Positions 37,701-48,407 are shown, numbered from the stretch's first letter. The stretch is 64,000 nucleotides of DNA from an uncultured Candidatus Peribacteria bacterium (GCA_964500515.1 CAZCNE010000002.1:109180-173179), one strand, 5' to 3'. Program-made: numbers and translations. The notes: generated from the letters alone by a model not told the origin.

Positions 37701-38984
37701 AGTATTTAAATCTCAAGCTGGGACTATGTTTGTATAAGTTCATACATCATTAACTTTAACTTTTACAGACAATGTACAACTTCAATTTTGAAATCAAGGA
37801 GCATTTAAATTTGCTGCTTTTAAAGTTGCTCAACTAAGTTCCAAAATTGTTCATCAAGATGAAGAACTAAGAGTTCAAGAACATGTATTTGATATCAAAC
37901 TATCATAAGCCATTATTCAATTTAAACTTTTTGGCAAAACATCTTTTATATAAAAATTTTCTATTGGCTTTGCATTATAATTATAAAAATTAATATTTAG
38001 AGTTGTTGTGTCTATATCATTTATATCTATTACATTTGGAATAAAATTTTTACTTATATTTATTCCTTGAGCTCATCACATTGTATAAGATATATCTTGA
38101 TAATTTATAGCTCACTCTTCTGTTGTTACATTTCAGATTGGTAATCTATTTGTCGAACTATAGCTATTATATGGGTCTTTTGGATTTTTTGATGGTTCTA
38201 CATCAAAAGATATAGTACATTCTCAAGGAATCACTCAAGAAGACGGAGGGATAATTCATCAAGAAAAACTAATCTTTGATGATACTCAATATGAATTTGT
38301 ATAATCAACTATACTAAAGGATCAAGAACATGTAGATTTTCAAGTTCAAGGAATTGCATGCAATCATCTAGAATAATTATTTAAATCATCTAAAAAACTA
38401 AGATTATTTAAGCTAATTGGATTAGGATTTTTTAAGCTAATTTTCACTGTTCAAAACTCATATCATTGTATATAACTTGTTGTTGTATTGGTTCCAGAAA
38501 AAACCATAGTTTTTGTTCAAGTTATGTTTTGAAGCATAGTAACCAAAGTTCATTGGGTACTTTGTTCATTTTGAACAGGATTTCCTCATACTGTTCAAGT
38601 TACATCTCATACATCAATTGTGTTTATATAAGTTCATTTTTTAGGAGAATATACATCTAGTATGATATTACAAGTTCAAGGATTTGTTCAATCTCAAGCT
38701 GAAACTATTCATCAACTTAAATTAACAACTCATCATGTTAATGTGTTTAAAGTTTCAATAGTTCAAGAACAAGAGTTGTATATATTGCTTGGACTTGCCA
38801 CAAATAAATCTTCTGGAAAATAGTCAGTTAATTTAGTATTTATTGTTGGTATAAGTGATGAATTTTGAAGTTTGATTGTTAATTTTGATATTTCTCTAGG
38901 ATAGATATTTGCTGGAGCGAAACTTTTATTTACATCAAGTGCAGCAAATGTAGCTAATGGAACTATAATAAAAATTATTAGCAA
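31704..38984 (-). CDS. giant tandem-repeat surface protein (about 18 beta-sandwich-type two-Cys repeats), N-terminal section
   Basis: TTG 38984 (MLIIFIIVPLATFA/ALDVNKSF, signal-peptide-like) to TAA 31704-31706, 2426 codons. Frame confirmed at 37937, 36383, 34148, 32999 and 31742. Repeat consensus: ..NPNS..LPGGLTGIKFSDTLSGM.L..PLNITS.CNDFTYEAEAGG......NA..SP..SC.......G..PNQT.EI.SNE.GTGAKSN. The true start may be ATG 39027 (see findings). Confidence 0.75.
32300..35700 (-). repeat. in-frame tandem DNA repeats, period about 400 nt, inside the giant gene
   Basis: Long recurring strings on the plus strand. CTGCTTCATATGTAAA(A/G)TCATTACAA occurs near 32927, 33337, 33737, 34137 and 34537. ATTTGATTT(T/A)GCTCAAGTTCA occurs near 32365, 33572, 33972, 34378, 35175 and 35578. 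TTCATTTGAATATATTTCTGTTGT occurs near 32788, 33188 and 34402. Confidence 0.85.
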
Positions 38985-39093
38985 TAAATAATATTTTTTT
39001 ATAAGTTTTTGATTCTTTATTTTGCATACAAATGCTGCTGAAATTCCTTTAACCGAAATTCCATGAAATTTCTTTCAAGAAAATTGAGTTTAT

Positions 39094-41250
39094 ATGTGAA
39101 AAAAGATTTTGGATGAAGAAAAGGTTGAAGAATACAGATTAAATTACATAAGAAATTATATTTCTGGAATGTCTGATGATTACCCTTATAAAGTAGACAT
39201 TTCTAGAATAAATCAATCTATGTATTATCCTATTAAAATTAACTGAAATTATAATATAACTAGTGTTAAAGATTATGAGTGAAAAGATATAAATTTTACT
39301 CAAACATGAGACACAATAAGAATATATTATGATTCTTTTTTAAATAGTTTTGGAACTTGAATTTATGATACTGAAAATCTAATTTTGAAAGATTATTCTC
39401 CTTATCATAAATCTCCTAAGCAATTAACTATTAGTGATTCTGAGTGAAATTCAACTACAATAAATTTTCAGTTTTTTTCTTCAATTGCCAATTTTAACCA
39501 ACAAATAACACAATGAAATACAACTTACATAATAAAAGAAGATGATAACTTAAATATTTCTTTATCTAAAGATTATAATAACGCAGATGTTAAACTATTT
39601 GCATTAAAGTATTTTATACCAAACTTTAATAATTATGAAAAAATAATTGGTGATATAATAAATGAAAAAAACATAAAAATTAATATTAACTACGATATAA
39701 TAAAAATATTAAACTTAAACTCTTATGATTTTAGTATAATCAGTATAAATACTTTTTCAAAAAAGTCTTGTGACCCTAACTATTATTGGTACAATTCAAG
39801 AATTGCAGAACCAAGACTTATTAATGATCCTAATGATTTAGAAATACAAACTAAATTTGAGAATGAATTATTAAATACCTTTTATTGAGCTAATATAGAA
39901 TTAAGTAAAAGTGAATGAGGAGAATTTGTACCTTATACTAATGTTAGTACTAATACAAATATAACACAGTTTGATCAACTTGAAGACTGATTGTATAAGT
40001 ATAAAATAACAAATTTAGATACTGAATATAAAAGAATTTGTGCTAATCATTTTAACTCTTCTGATATTAATATAAATTACGGTAAATGAAATTATTTTTT
40101 ATTTGTTGAGTGAAATATTCATAAATATAATTCACCTTTAGATTGAGATATTATTAATCTAGAAGAATTTTTATCTGAACACCAAATTGAACAATCAAAT
40201 TATTTTAATGTTTCTCTAAAGGATTTTGAATGAGAAGTTATTGCGTCAATTGATAAAGATTGTTTTTTAAATTGATCATGCAACTTTAAAAATAATGTAG
40301 ATAATTATCTTTATGATATAGATCCCTGCGAAAAAGCTAATTTGAGTATAAGTTATAAAGATTATTATAATGAAATAGATTTAAATAATGAAATTTTGTT
40401 ATGATCTGATTGTAGTTTAGAGCCTAGTATTAATGAAATAGATTTTTTTACTGATGATTTTTATATGAATTATAAAATAGATATTGAAAATATAGATAAT
40501 TTAAATTATGTTTTTTATGATAAAAATGACAATATAATAAGTGATGTAAATGAGTTTAGATCGGAAGAAATAGAAGAAGCTTATGCAAATACTAGTCCTG
40601 TAGAAATTCTTTGAAATATATTTTATTGAACTGATCCATGATACTCTTCTTTCATATGAATAAAAAATGATTCTTTAATTTTTGATAATATATGAAAAAT
40701 TGTTGTTTTTAATAATTGAACCGAGGTGTGAACAATTACCTTTAATTCAGAACAAAGAGCCATATTTGAGAAAATTGAAACTGATAATGATTTAAAGGGA
40801 GGTTTTAGCCTTAGAGAAAATATTAGCATAGAAAGTAAAAAAATTATATGAAAAAATTTTGAAAATTTAATTTTTAATAGAAAATTAAAAATTGATCTTT
40901 CAAGGTTTGAAGAAACTTATAATTCTAGAATTTTATTAGATAGAATAAACTTAAAATTAGATCTGATAAATAAAATAAATGTAACTAATATAGATAAATC
41001 AAAACTATTTGTTTGTAGAAACGCTATAGGAACTCAAGAACAATTTGATAATATTGAAAATATGTTTTGATGTTATGATTTAAAATCTATTGAAGAAGAT
41101 AATACATGATTTTATTATTATAAAGAATATCCTGGAATATTTAATTTATATATTTATTGAAAAAAATGACTTGTAAATGAAGATTTTAAAAATTTTGATG
41201 TTAATTTTAAGTTATTTTTTAGTAAAATGAATTTTACTCTTTTTGATTAA
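39094..41250 (+). CDS. hypothetical protein, 718 aa from ATG 39094 (742 aa if TTG 39022); Asn/Asp/Cys-containing, probably extracellular
   Basis: The frame is open from 38992 to TAA 41248-41250. Upstream in-frame codons read ..ISFGFFILHTNA/AEIPLTEIPG.. (signal-peptide-like), but the only canonical starts are TTG 39022 and ATG 39094. No family recognised. Confidence 0.6.
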
Positions 41251-41284
41251 AAATTATATTATTTTTTAAAAATAAAAAAAATCT

Positions 41285-43189
41285 ATGAAAAAAATTATTC
41301 TATATATATTGGTAGTATCCTTAAGTTTAAATAATTTTACTGTATTTGCCTGAGTTATAGGTGGTGATGTACCTCCATATTATTTTAATGATATGATTGA
41401 TTGAAGCTTTAATGTAACAAATTCTATAGAAAATTGAGTTTGTTGAAGCTCAAATTGACAAAACTTTACAGAAGTTCCAACACAAAATCTTTGTGCAAGT
41501 TGAAATACTTGAAGTATTACATGAAATTGACCTTGGACTTGGACTTGTGATTGAATTAATTGATGAAGTTCTGTAACTTGTCAAGCAAATCTTCTTACTT
41601 ATAGTATAAACTGAAAAGTCTTAGAAAAAGATACAAATAATCCTCTATCTAATGTAAAGTTGGAATTAATAAATTCTTCTTGAAATACATTAAATACTGT
41701 AAATACTAATTCTAGTTGAGATTATTCTTTCTCTGGTTTAGTTCTTTGAAATTATCAGATTAAAGAAAACGTTTTATCTTGATATATAGCAAGTTCTGAT
41801 TTTGATTGATGAGATCCTAGTTTAACAAATTTATTATTAAATTCTGATTTATCAAATATAAATTTTATTCAAGAAAAAATTACAAATAATACTTGAACTT
41901 GAACGACAAACACATGAACAACAAACACTTGATCCACAAATACATGAACAATTATACACACTTGATGAACTAGTTCTTATACTCCTCCTTGTTCTGAAAA
42001 TGATTTAGTTTGTAAAAAAGATTCTTCATGAAAATATATCTGGACTTTAAAAGAATCTAGTTTTTGTAAATCAGAAAATATTTGAAATGATTGTAGCGTT
42101 AATACTATTGAAAAAGAAAAAGAAATTGAAAATAAAACTTGAAATACTATTCCAACAGTAACAAGTAATGATCCTATTCCAAAAAATATAGAATTAGAAT
42201 CAGCACCTGAGAAAAAATGGATAGAAGATGCAGAAAATATAGTAAATAATTATGAAAATGAAGTAAAGCTACTTGAAGAAATACAAAATGATGAAAACAA
42301 AGTTTGAAATAATGAAATTGTAAAATTACCTAATTTTTTACTTCAAACTTGAGTTCCTGTATTGGAAAGAACAAAGGTAATAAAAAATAAAAATGTTGAA
42401 ACTGATACAAATAAAGAAGATTTTAGGCTAGCTTGAACTAATTCTCCAGATATAAATCATTGGCTTGAAGTAGTTCCTTTAGAAGATAAAAACAAAGATT
42501 TATATATAATTTTACCTTCTCAAGGTTTAGTTATGCCTATAAATACTATTAATAAAAATAGTGAAGACTACAAAAAATCTATAAATTGAGAAAATTTTGA
42601 TTTTTACAAATATTTAGAAACTTGAGCTTTAGAAGTTCCTTGAACATCAACTAATTGATATTGAGAAGTTTGAAATAAAGTAGTTATTTGACATAGTTCT
42701 TATTATAAATCATCAAATTGAAGATATAAAACTCAATTTCAAAAAATTATAGAAAATGAAATTTGAGAAGAAGTTTGGATTTATCAAAAACAAGAATCTT
42801 GAGAATATAAAAGATATAGATATATAACCCAAGAATCATACAATACAGATAAATCTGATACTGATGTATTGTTATCATGAAATTGAAAAAATCTTACATT
42901 GTATACTTGTACTCCTATTTGATGAACTAGCTGAAGATGGATTATCAAAGCAAAATATATAGATGAAGAAAAAAATTATTTATCAAAAAAAGTAAATTTT
43001 TCACAAATAAAAATAGATGATAAAATCGCTATACAAAAATTTACAAATAATATTTCAAAAGAAAAATCTATTGATGTATTTAATAAAACTTCTCCATTGC
43101 TTGAAAAATACTCTTCAAATACTAAAGCCACTAATTATCTAGATTATATTAGATTACAAATTGCACAAAAAATTACAAGCAAAAATTAG
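41285..43189 (+). CDS. secreted Cna-B/prealbumin-like domain protein fused to a sortase-family transpeptidase domain (634 aa)
   Basis: Signal peptide MKKIILYILVVSLSLNNFTVFAG. A Cys-rich segment is followed by GKVLEKDTNNPLSNVKLELINSSGNTLNTVNTNSSGDYSFSGLVLGNYQIKE (Cna-B-like) and a TGTGTTNTGTTNTG linker. C-terminal sortase motifs are NKVVIGHSSYY, EEVWIY and KNLTLYTCTPIGGTSGRWIIKAKY. The Cys codon at 42908 was verified in frame. Confidence 0.8.
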
Positions 43190-43289
43190 TTTTACAACAA
43201 TAAGCTCGATTGGCAAGCTAAAATGCTTGTATTAGCAAAAAATAAATGATACAATTATATTGTATTTATTTATTAATACATTCTTTAAA

Positions 43290-43415
43290 ATGAAAAAAAT
43301 GGTGTCTGTTTTGATATGTATGTACATATTGACTATATCAGCTTATGCTGAAAATGATAATCAGTATGTAATCAACAATTCAAATAATGTTGAAATTGAA
43401 AGTATAAATTACTAA
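43290..43415 (+). CDS. 41-aa ORF with signal peptide (possible small secreted peptide)
   Basis: MKKMVSVLICMYILTISAYA/ENDNQYVINNSNNVEIESINY*. It is followed directly by a strong hairpin terminator. There is no other support. Confidence 0.35.
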   Translation: MKKMVSVLICMYILTISAYAENDNQYVINNSNNVEIESINY

Positions 43416-43425
43416 TCATACTATC

Positions 43426-43460
43426 AAAAAAAGCTTATAGAAAATCTATAAGCTTTTTTA
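43426..43460. terminator. bidirectional terminator between the peptide ORF and sod
   Basis: AAAAAAAGCTTATAG-AAAAT-CTATAAGCTTTTTT. Confidence 0.6.
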
Positions 43461-43466
43461 TTTTTT

Positions 43467-44036
43467 TTAAATTCTTTCTTCCACTTTTTCCCAATTAACT
43501 ATTTCCCAAAAATTTTCTACATATTTTGCCCTAAGATTACGATAATCTATATAATAAGCATGTTCCCAAACATCTATTGTCAAAATTGCTTTTTTACCAT
43601 GTTTTATAGGAGTATCTGCATTTGAAGTATTTAATATTTCAAGTTTTTTTCAATCTAAAATTAACCAAGTCCAAGCTGAACCAAAATTTTTGATTGCTTC
43701 TTCGCTAAATTTTGCTTTCAAATTTTCAAAACTTCCAAAATTATCATCAATCAACTTTTGCATTTTTTCTTTTGGATTTTTATCATCTTTTTTAGCTAAT
43801 GATTCAAAATAAAATGTATGATTCCAAACTTGAGCAGCATTGTTAAAAATAGCTCCAGAAGACTTTTTTATAATTTCTTCTAAACTCATATTTTCAAATT
43901 CACCTCAAGAAATAAGTTTATTTAAATTATCAAGATAAGTTTTATGATGTTTCTCATAATGATAATTTATAGTTTCAAGTGAAATATATGGTTCTAAAGC
44001 ATCTTTTTCAAAAGCTAGTTTTGGCAATTTAAACAT
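43467..44036 (-). CDS. sodB: Fe-type superoxide dismutase
   Basis: 189 aa. [34 protein letters not shown], then [13 protein letters not shown] (Fe-SOD-type AAQxWNH rather than Mn-type GGHxNH), then [13 protein letters not shown]. The standard code splits it into two track ORFs at TGA (Gly) codons. Confidence 0.9.
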
Positions 44037-44465
44037 AATATAATTTTTTATGAAATAATCTAAGATTATATTAATTTTTTTACAGATATTTGCAAATATT
44101 TTATAACTATGATTTAATATATACATATATTTTAATATTTAATAAATAATTTATGAATATAAGAAGAGCTCAAAATGCACCAGAAATTTCTAACAAATTA
44201 GAAAAAAATAGTAAAGAAGTTTTTTAAAAATCAAAGGATGAATTAGAAAAACTTAAAAAATATTTAAATCATGAAATTTGGACTTCTCCAGATTCTATTC
44301 CTTTAGGTGCTCCAAGTGATCCTACAAATACTTGAAGAACAGAAAAGCCAAAACCAACACCAGAAAAAACATCGCCAACAATGCCAAAAACACCAACAAC
44401 AACACCAGAAGAAACTTCTGATAATTATTTTTAAAATAATTCTTGCAATACTTATATTTAACTTT

Positions 44466-44500
44466 AAAATACTAAAAGAGTTTTCTTTTAGTATTTTTTT
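44466..44500 (+). terminator. intrinsic terminator
   Basis: AAAATACTAAAAG-AGTTTT-CTTTTAGTATTTT followed by a T-run. Confidence 0.5.
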
Positions 44501-44506
44501 ATAAAA

Positions 44507-45253
44507 ATGTATAAAATCCTTTTTACATCTGCAACAAGTTTAGAATTAAAAAAAATCAAAGATATTATAAAAAAAGATAAACATAAAGCTAAAATTGATT
44601 TTTTAAATTTTTGAATTTGAAATTACAAAACAATTTTAAATCTTACAAAACACTTAAAAGATCATAGTTATGATTTTATTGTAAATATTTGAATTTGTGG
44701 TTATAAAAAAGAAAAAAATCCTATTCAAGTTGCCAGAATTTACAATTTATCAAATAAAAAAGAACTATTAATCCCTATTAATTTTAGATTTTTGAAATTG
44801 GATTCTATTGCATGTAGTGATGAAATTGTTTATGATGAAAAATATTTACTTGATGAAAAATATGTAGATATGGAATCTTATTGATTTGAGCTTGTTTTAG
44901 ATGATTTTGAAATTCCAAGAATTATTTTAAAAATTCCCTTTGATAAAATTTGAAGCAAAAAAACAAAAAATTATGATAAAAAAGAAATAGAAAAATTGAT
45001 GGAAAAAATAAATTACAAAAAATTAATTGAAGAAATTATAATATTTTTAGATAAATACAAAAGCAAAGAAACAGATTTTAGTAAATATTTTGATTATTAT
45101 AAACTTAGTTTTAGCGAAAAAATAATATTTAAAAAAAATTATTTTAAATATGAAACTTTAACTTGAAAAAGTTTTAATAAGTTTTTTATTGAAAATAATG
45201 ATTTATGAAAAAAAGAATTTATTAAAAAACTAGAAAGTATTAAAATATTATAA
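44507..45253 (+). CDS. PNP_UDP_1-like nucleosidase (MTA/futalosine hydrolase-like) with C-terminal extension
   Basis: 248 aa. The pattern MYKILFTSATSLELKK...FGIGNYKT...DFIVNIGICGY...VDMESYGFELV...KIPFDKIG parallels the nucleoside phosphorylase/futalosine hydrolase motif order. The call rests on pattern only. Confidence 0.5.
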
Positions 45254-45342
45254 ATACGCAATTAATTAGATCTCTACAAAAAAATATTTTTAAAACATCA
45301 AAATAAATTCAAAATAAAAATATTATTTTATTACATCTTATT

Positions 45343-46320
45343 ATGATAATTTATGTAGAAAAAGAAGCAAAAAATTACTCTCAAACAAAAAAAATTGTTT
45401 CTAATTTCAAAAATCCTGAAATAATTTTTATAGATAATTATAAAAATATTTTTGATAAAAATGTCACCTTTTTTCAAGAAAAAAGTATAATTATTAGTAA
45501 ATTGAAATGAAATGCAACTCTAGAAACTCCGCCAAATTATTGACCGAGTGAAATTTCATATTTTTTCAAAACCTGATTAAATTGCATTTTTGATTGTTCT
45601 TATTGTTATTTAAAATGAGCTTTTAAAAATAATTTCTGAGTTTTTTTTGTAAATTATGAAGATATAAAAAAACAAATTGATGAAACGATAAAAAATTTGA
45701 AAACCAAAAAATTTTCTAGTCCAGCATATTTTTATTCTTCTGATTATTCTGATAATCTATGAGCAAATAATTTAAATAATTTTGTAGAGGAATTTGTTCC
45801 TTTTTTTGAAGAAAAAGAAAATGTAATTATGGAAATACGAACTAAATCAACAAATATAAAATCACTTCTTGATTTAAAATTCATTCCAAAAAATACTGAA
45901 ATAGCCTTTTCTCTAAATCCGCAAAGTTTAATAGAAAAATACGAAAAATTAACTCCAAATCTTGATGAAAGAATTGATGCAATAAATAAATTACTTGAAA
46001 AATGATTTTTGGTTTGATTGAGATTTTTACCACTTTTACCAGTGGATGATTTTGAAAATATTTACAAAAATTTTTTAGAAAAAATAAAGAAAAAAATTAA
46101 TTTAAAAAAAATTAATTCGATTATTGTTTCTTGACTTTTGTATACAAAAGATGATTATAATAAAATATTGAAAAAATTTCCTCGCTTAGATATACTTTAT
46201 AAATTAAAAGAAGAAGAAAATAATTTTATAAAACTTGATAAAAATAAAAGAAAAAATTTTTACAAATTATTTAAAGATTTTGATAAAAAAACTATAGTTT
46301 GCTTAGAAGAAAATAAATAA
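45343..46320 (+). CDS. radical SAM protein, spore-photoproduct-lyase (SplB)-like family
   Basis: 325 aa. N-terminus MIIYVEKEAKNYSQTKKIVSNFKNPEIIFIDNYKNIF. CX3CX2C cluster: NCIFDCSYCYLKG. Confidence 0.7.
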
Positions 46321-46377
46321 TAAAAATTTTTTATGTATTTTAAAGCTTTATCTTCTCTTAGTTTTGCCATTTAACTT

Positions 46378-46410
46378 TTTTATCGTTTATTCATTTTATC
46401 GTTTTATCAC
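46378..46410 (+). promoter_or_regulatory. TTTATC(G)-repeat motif immediately upstream of the SDR gene
   Basis: TTTTATCGTTTATTC (46378-46392) is identical to 12313-12327. It is followed by ATTTTATCGTTTTATCAC, ending 6 nt before ATG 46416. Confidence 0.4.
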
Positions 46411-46415
46411 ACTTT

Positions 46416-47018
46416 ATGAATATACTTATAACATGAACAAATTCCTGAATTTGAAAATATCTAAAAGAAAACTTAGAAAAAGAGTTTAATGTTTTTAAAG
46501 TTTCAAAAAAAGAAGCAGAGGAAAAAAATTTTTTTAAATGTGATTTAACAAAAAAGGAAGAAATACAAAATCTTGATTTCAAGGAAATTGTTTTTGATTT
46601 AGTGATATTTAACTCTTGAGTTTGATATTTTTGAGAATTTTTTAAAGAAAATTTGGAAAATTATGAAGAAATTATAAACTTAAATATTTTGTGAAATATA
46701 AGACTTCTAAAAAATCTTGAAAAAAATATTAGCAAAAACACAAAATTGATTTTTATGTGATCATATGCAGGAAAGAAATTTTTTAAAAATTGATCTGTAT
46801 ATACAGCTTCAAAATTTGCTCTTAGATGATTTTCTTGAGCCTTAAAAAAAGACTGAAAAAAAGTATTTTTAATAAATCCAAAAATTGTTGAAACAAATTT
46901 TCATAAACAAAAAATAAAAATTTGAAAAAATATTGAAATTACGGATTTAAAATCTATACTTGAAACCATAAAAAGTATTATTTTCTGAAATGAAACTAAA
47001 TTTGAAATTGATTTATAA
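46416..47018 (+). CDS. short-chain dehydrogenase/reductase (SDR)
   Basis: 200 aa. Cofactor motif ILITGTNSGIGK (three Gly codons are TGA). Catalytic motif YTASKFAL (YxxxK). Confidence 0.8.
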
Positions 47019-47030
47019 TTAATATATATT

Positions 47031-48407
47031 ATGAAAGAAATTATTATAATTTTTGCTTGTCTTATTTTAAATTCTTGTACAAACAACGAATGAAATATTG
47101 CATACAATGAAATTAAAGATATAAACCAAGTTTTAACAAATGACAATGTTGATAAAAATGAATTAAAAGTTTATATAGATTATCCTATTTTTGAAAATAC
47201 TTGAGCCAATACAATCATAAGTTCTCGGTTTGATAATTTTATAAAAAATGGAAAAAATAACTTTAAAGAAAATCAAAACGGAAAAAAAGTTCATGACTTT
47301 GAAAAAGAGTTGCATGCATCTTTTCAAGAATTTAGTTCTAGTTGAACGAAATCAATATATTATGAAATTTTCGAAAATTTTTGATGATCTCATCCTACAG
47401 TTAGTATAAAAATTTTTAATTTTGAAAGTAAGTGAAAGATAATTTCTCAAGATCAAGTTTTTAATTTGAGTGATGAAAAGAAGAATAAATTAGAACAATT
47501 AATTATAAAAAAATTTAAATCTCAAAAAATAAATTATTTTGATGATCCTATAAAAAGACAGTCATTATTTGAAAAATGGTTTTTAAATATGAATTTTTAT
47601 ATAGATAATGATAATATTGTTTTTGTTTTTAAACAATATCAAATTGCTCCGTATAATTCATGAATAATAAAAATTATTTTTTGAAAAAATGAATTAAAGG
47701 AATTTCTTAAAAATGATTTTTTTCCAGAAATAAAAGAAACAGAAGTAACTTCTAATAAAAATGCAAATTTAATAACAGAAAATATTAACCCAGAAAAAAA
47801 ATATATTGCATTAACTTTTGATGATTGACCAAGTAAAACCTTAACTCCAAAACTTTTAGAGGTTTTGAAAAATAACGATGTTAAAGCAACTTTTTTTGTT
47901 CTTTGAAAAAATGCTGATTATTTTAATGATATAATAAAAATGCAGTTTGACGATTGACATGAAATTTGAGTTCACAGTCGGGATCATCCAAGATTACCTC
48001 GTTTAAGTGAAGAAAATTTAAAAAAACAATTATTTAATACAAGAGAAAAAATATTTGAAATAACTTGAAACTATACAAATTTAATGAGACCACCTTATGG
48101 ACTTTTTAATGATAAAGTTAAAAATACTTGGTGACATACAATCATATTGTGGGATGTAGATTCAAATGATTGGAAATACAGAAATATTAATAAAAATATA
48201 GCTCAAGTTTTAAACACAACAAAAGAATGAAGTATAATTTTAATGCACGATATTCATAAAGAATCTGTTGAATCAGTTGATTTAATGATTAAAAAATTAA
48301 AAAAATCTTGATATGAATTTGTTACTGTATCAAATTTGTTATCAATTTATCAAAATAATGCTGACTTAAAAAACAAAGTTTGCACTTCTTGATTTATTTG
48401 TAAATAA
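47031..48407 (+). CDS. lipoprotein: DUF3298/RsiV-like domain fused to NodB-type polysaccharide deacetylase
   Basis: 458 aa. Lipobox ACLILNSC. Mid-protein FVFKQYQIAPYNSG. Deacetylase motifs IALTFDDGPS, EIGVHSRDHP and LMRPPYG. Confidence 0.8.

Noticed and set aside
39001-39020. Non-canonical ATA/ATT initiation for the giant gene (ATA 39020) and for its neighbour (ATA 39001), which would recover full signal peptides.
   Set aside because: There is no evidence that this lineage uses ATA starts. A one-base homopolymer discrepancy explains the giant gene's case more simply. I kept it as an open question in the findings.
42324-42356. KLPNFLLQTG inside the 41285..43189 sortase fusion, considered as an LPXTG-like sorting signal (the Gly is TGA).
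   Set aside because: It lies mid-protein and is not followed by a hydrophobic segment and a basic tail. A single loose match is expected by chance.
44037-44126. N-terminal extension of the SOD ORF in the track (MYILNHSYKIFANICKKINIILDYFIKNYI-).
   Set aside because: SOD alignments start at MFKLPKL (ATG 44036). The extension has no similarity to SODs and covers the promoter region.
44307-44504. Track ORF encoding a Gln/His/Lys-rich peptide (MLQVILQILEEQKSQNQHQKKH...).
   Set aside because: It is a low-complexity alternative frame of the 44153..44433 region and runs through the terminator hairpin at 44466-44500. There is no support beyond being open.
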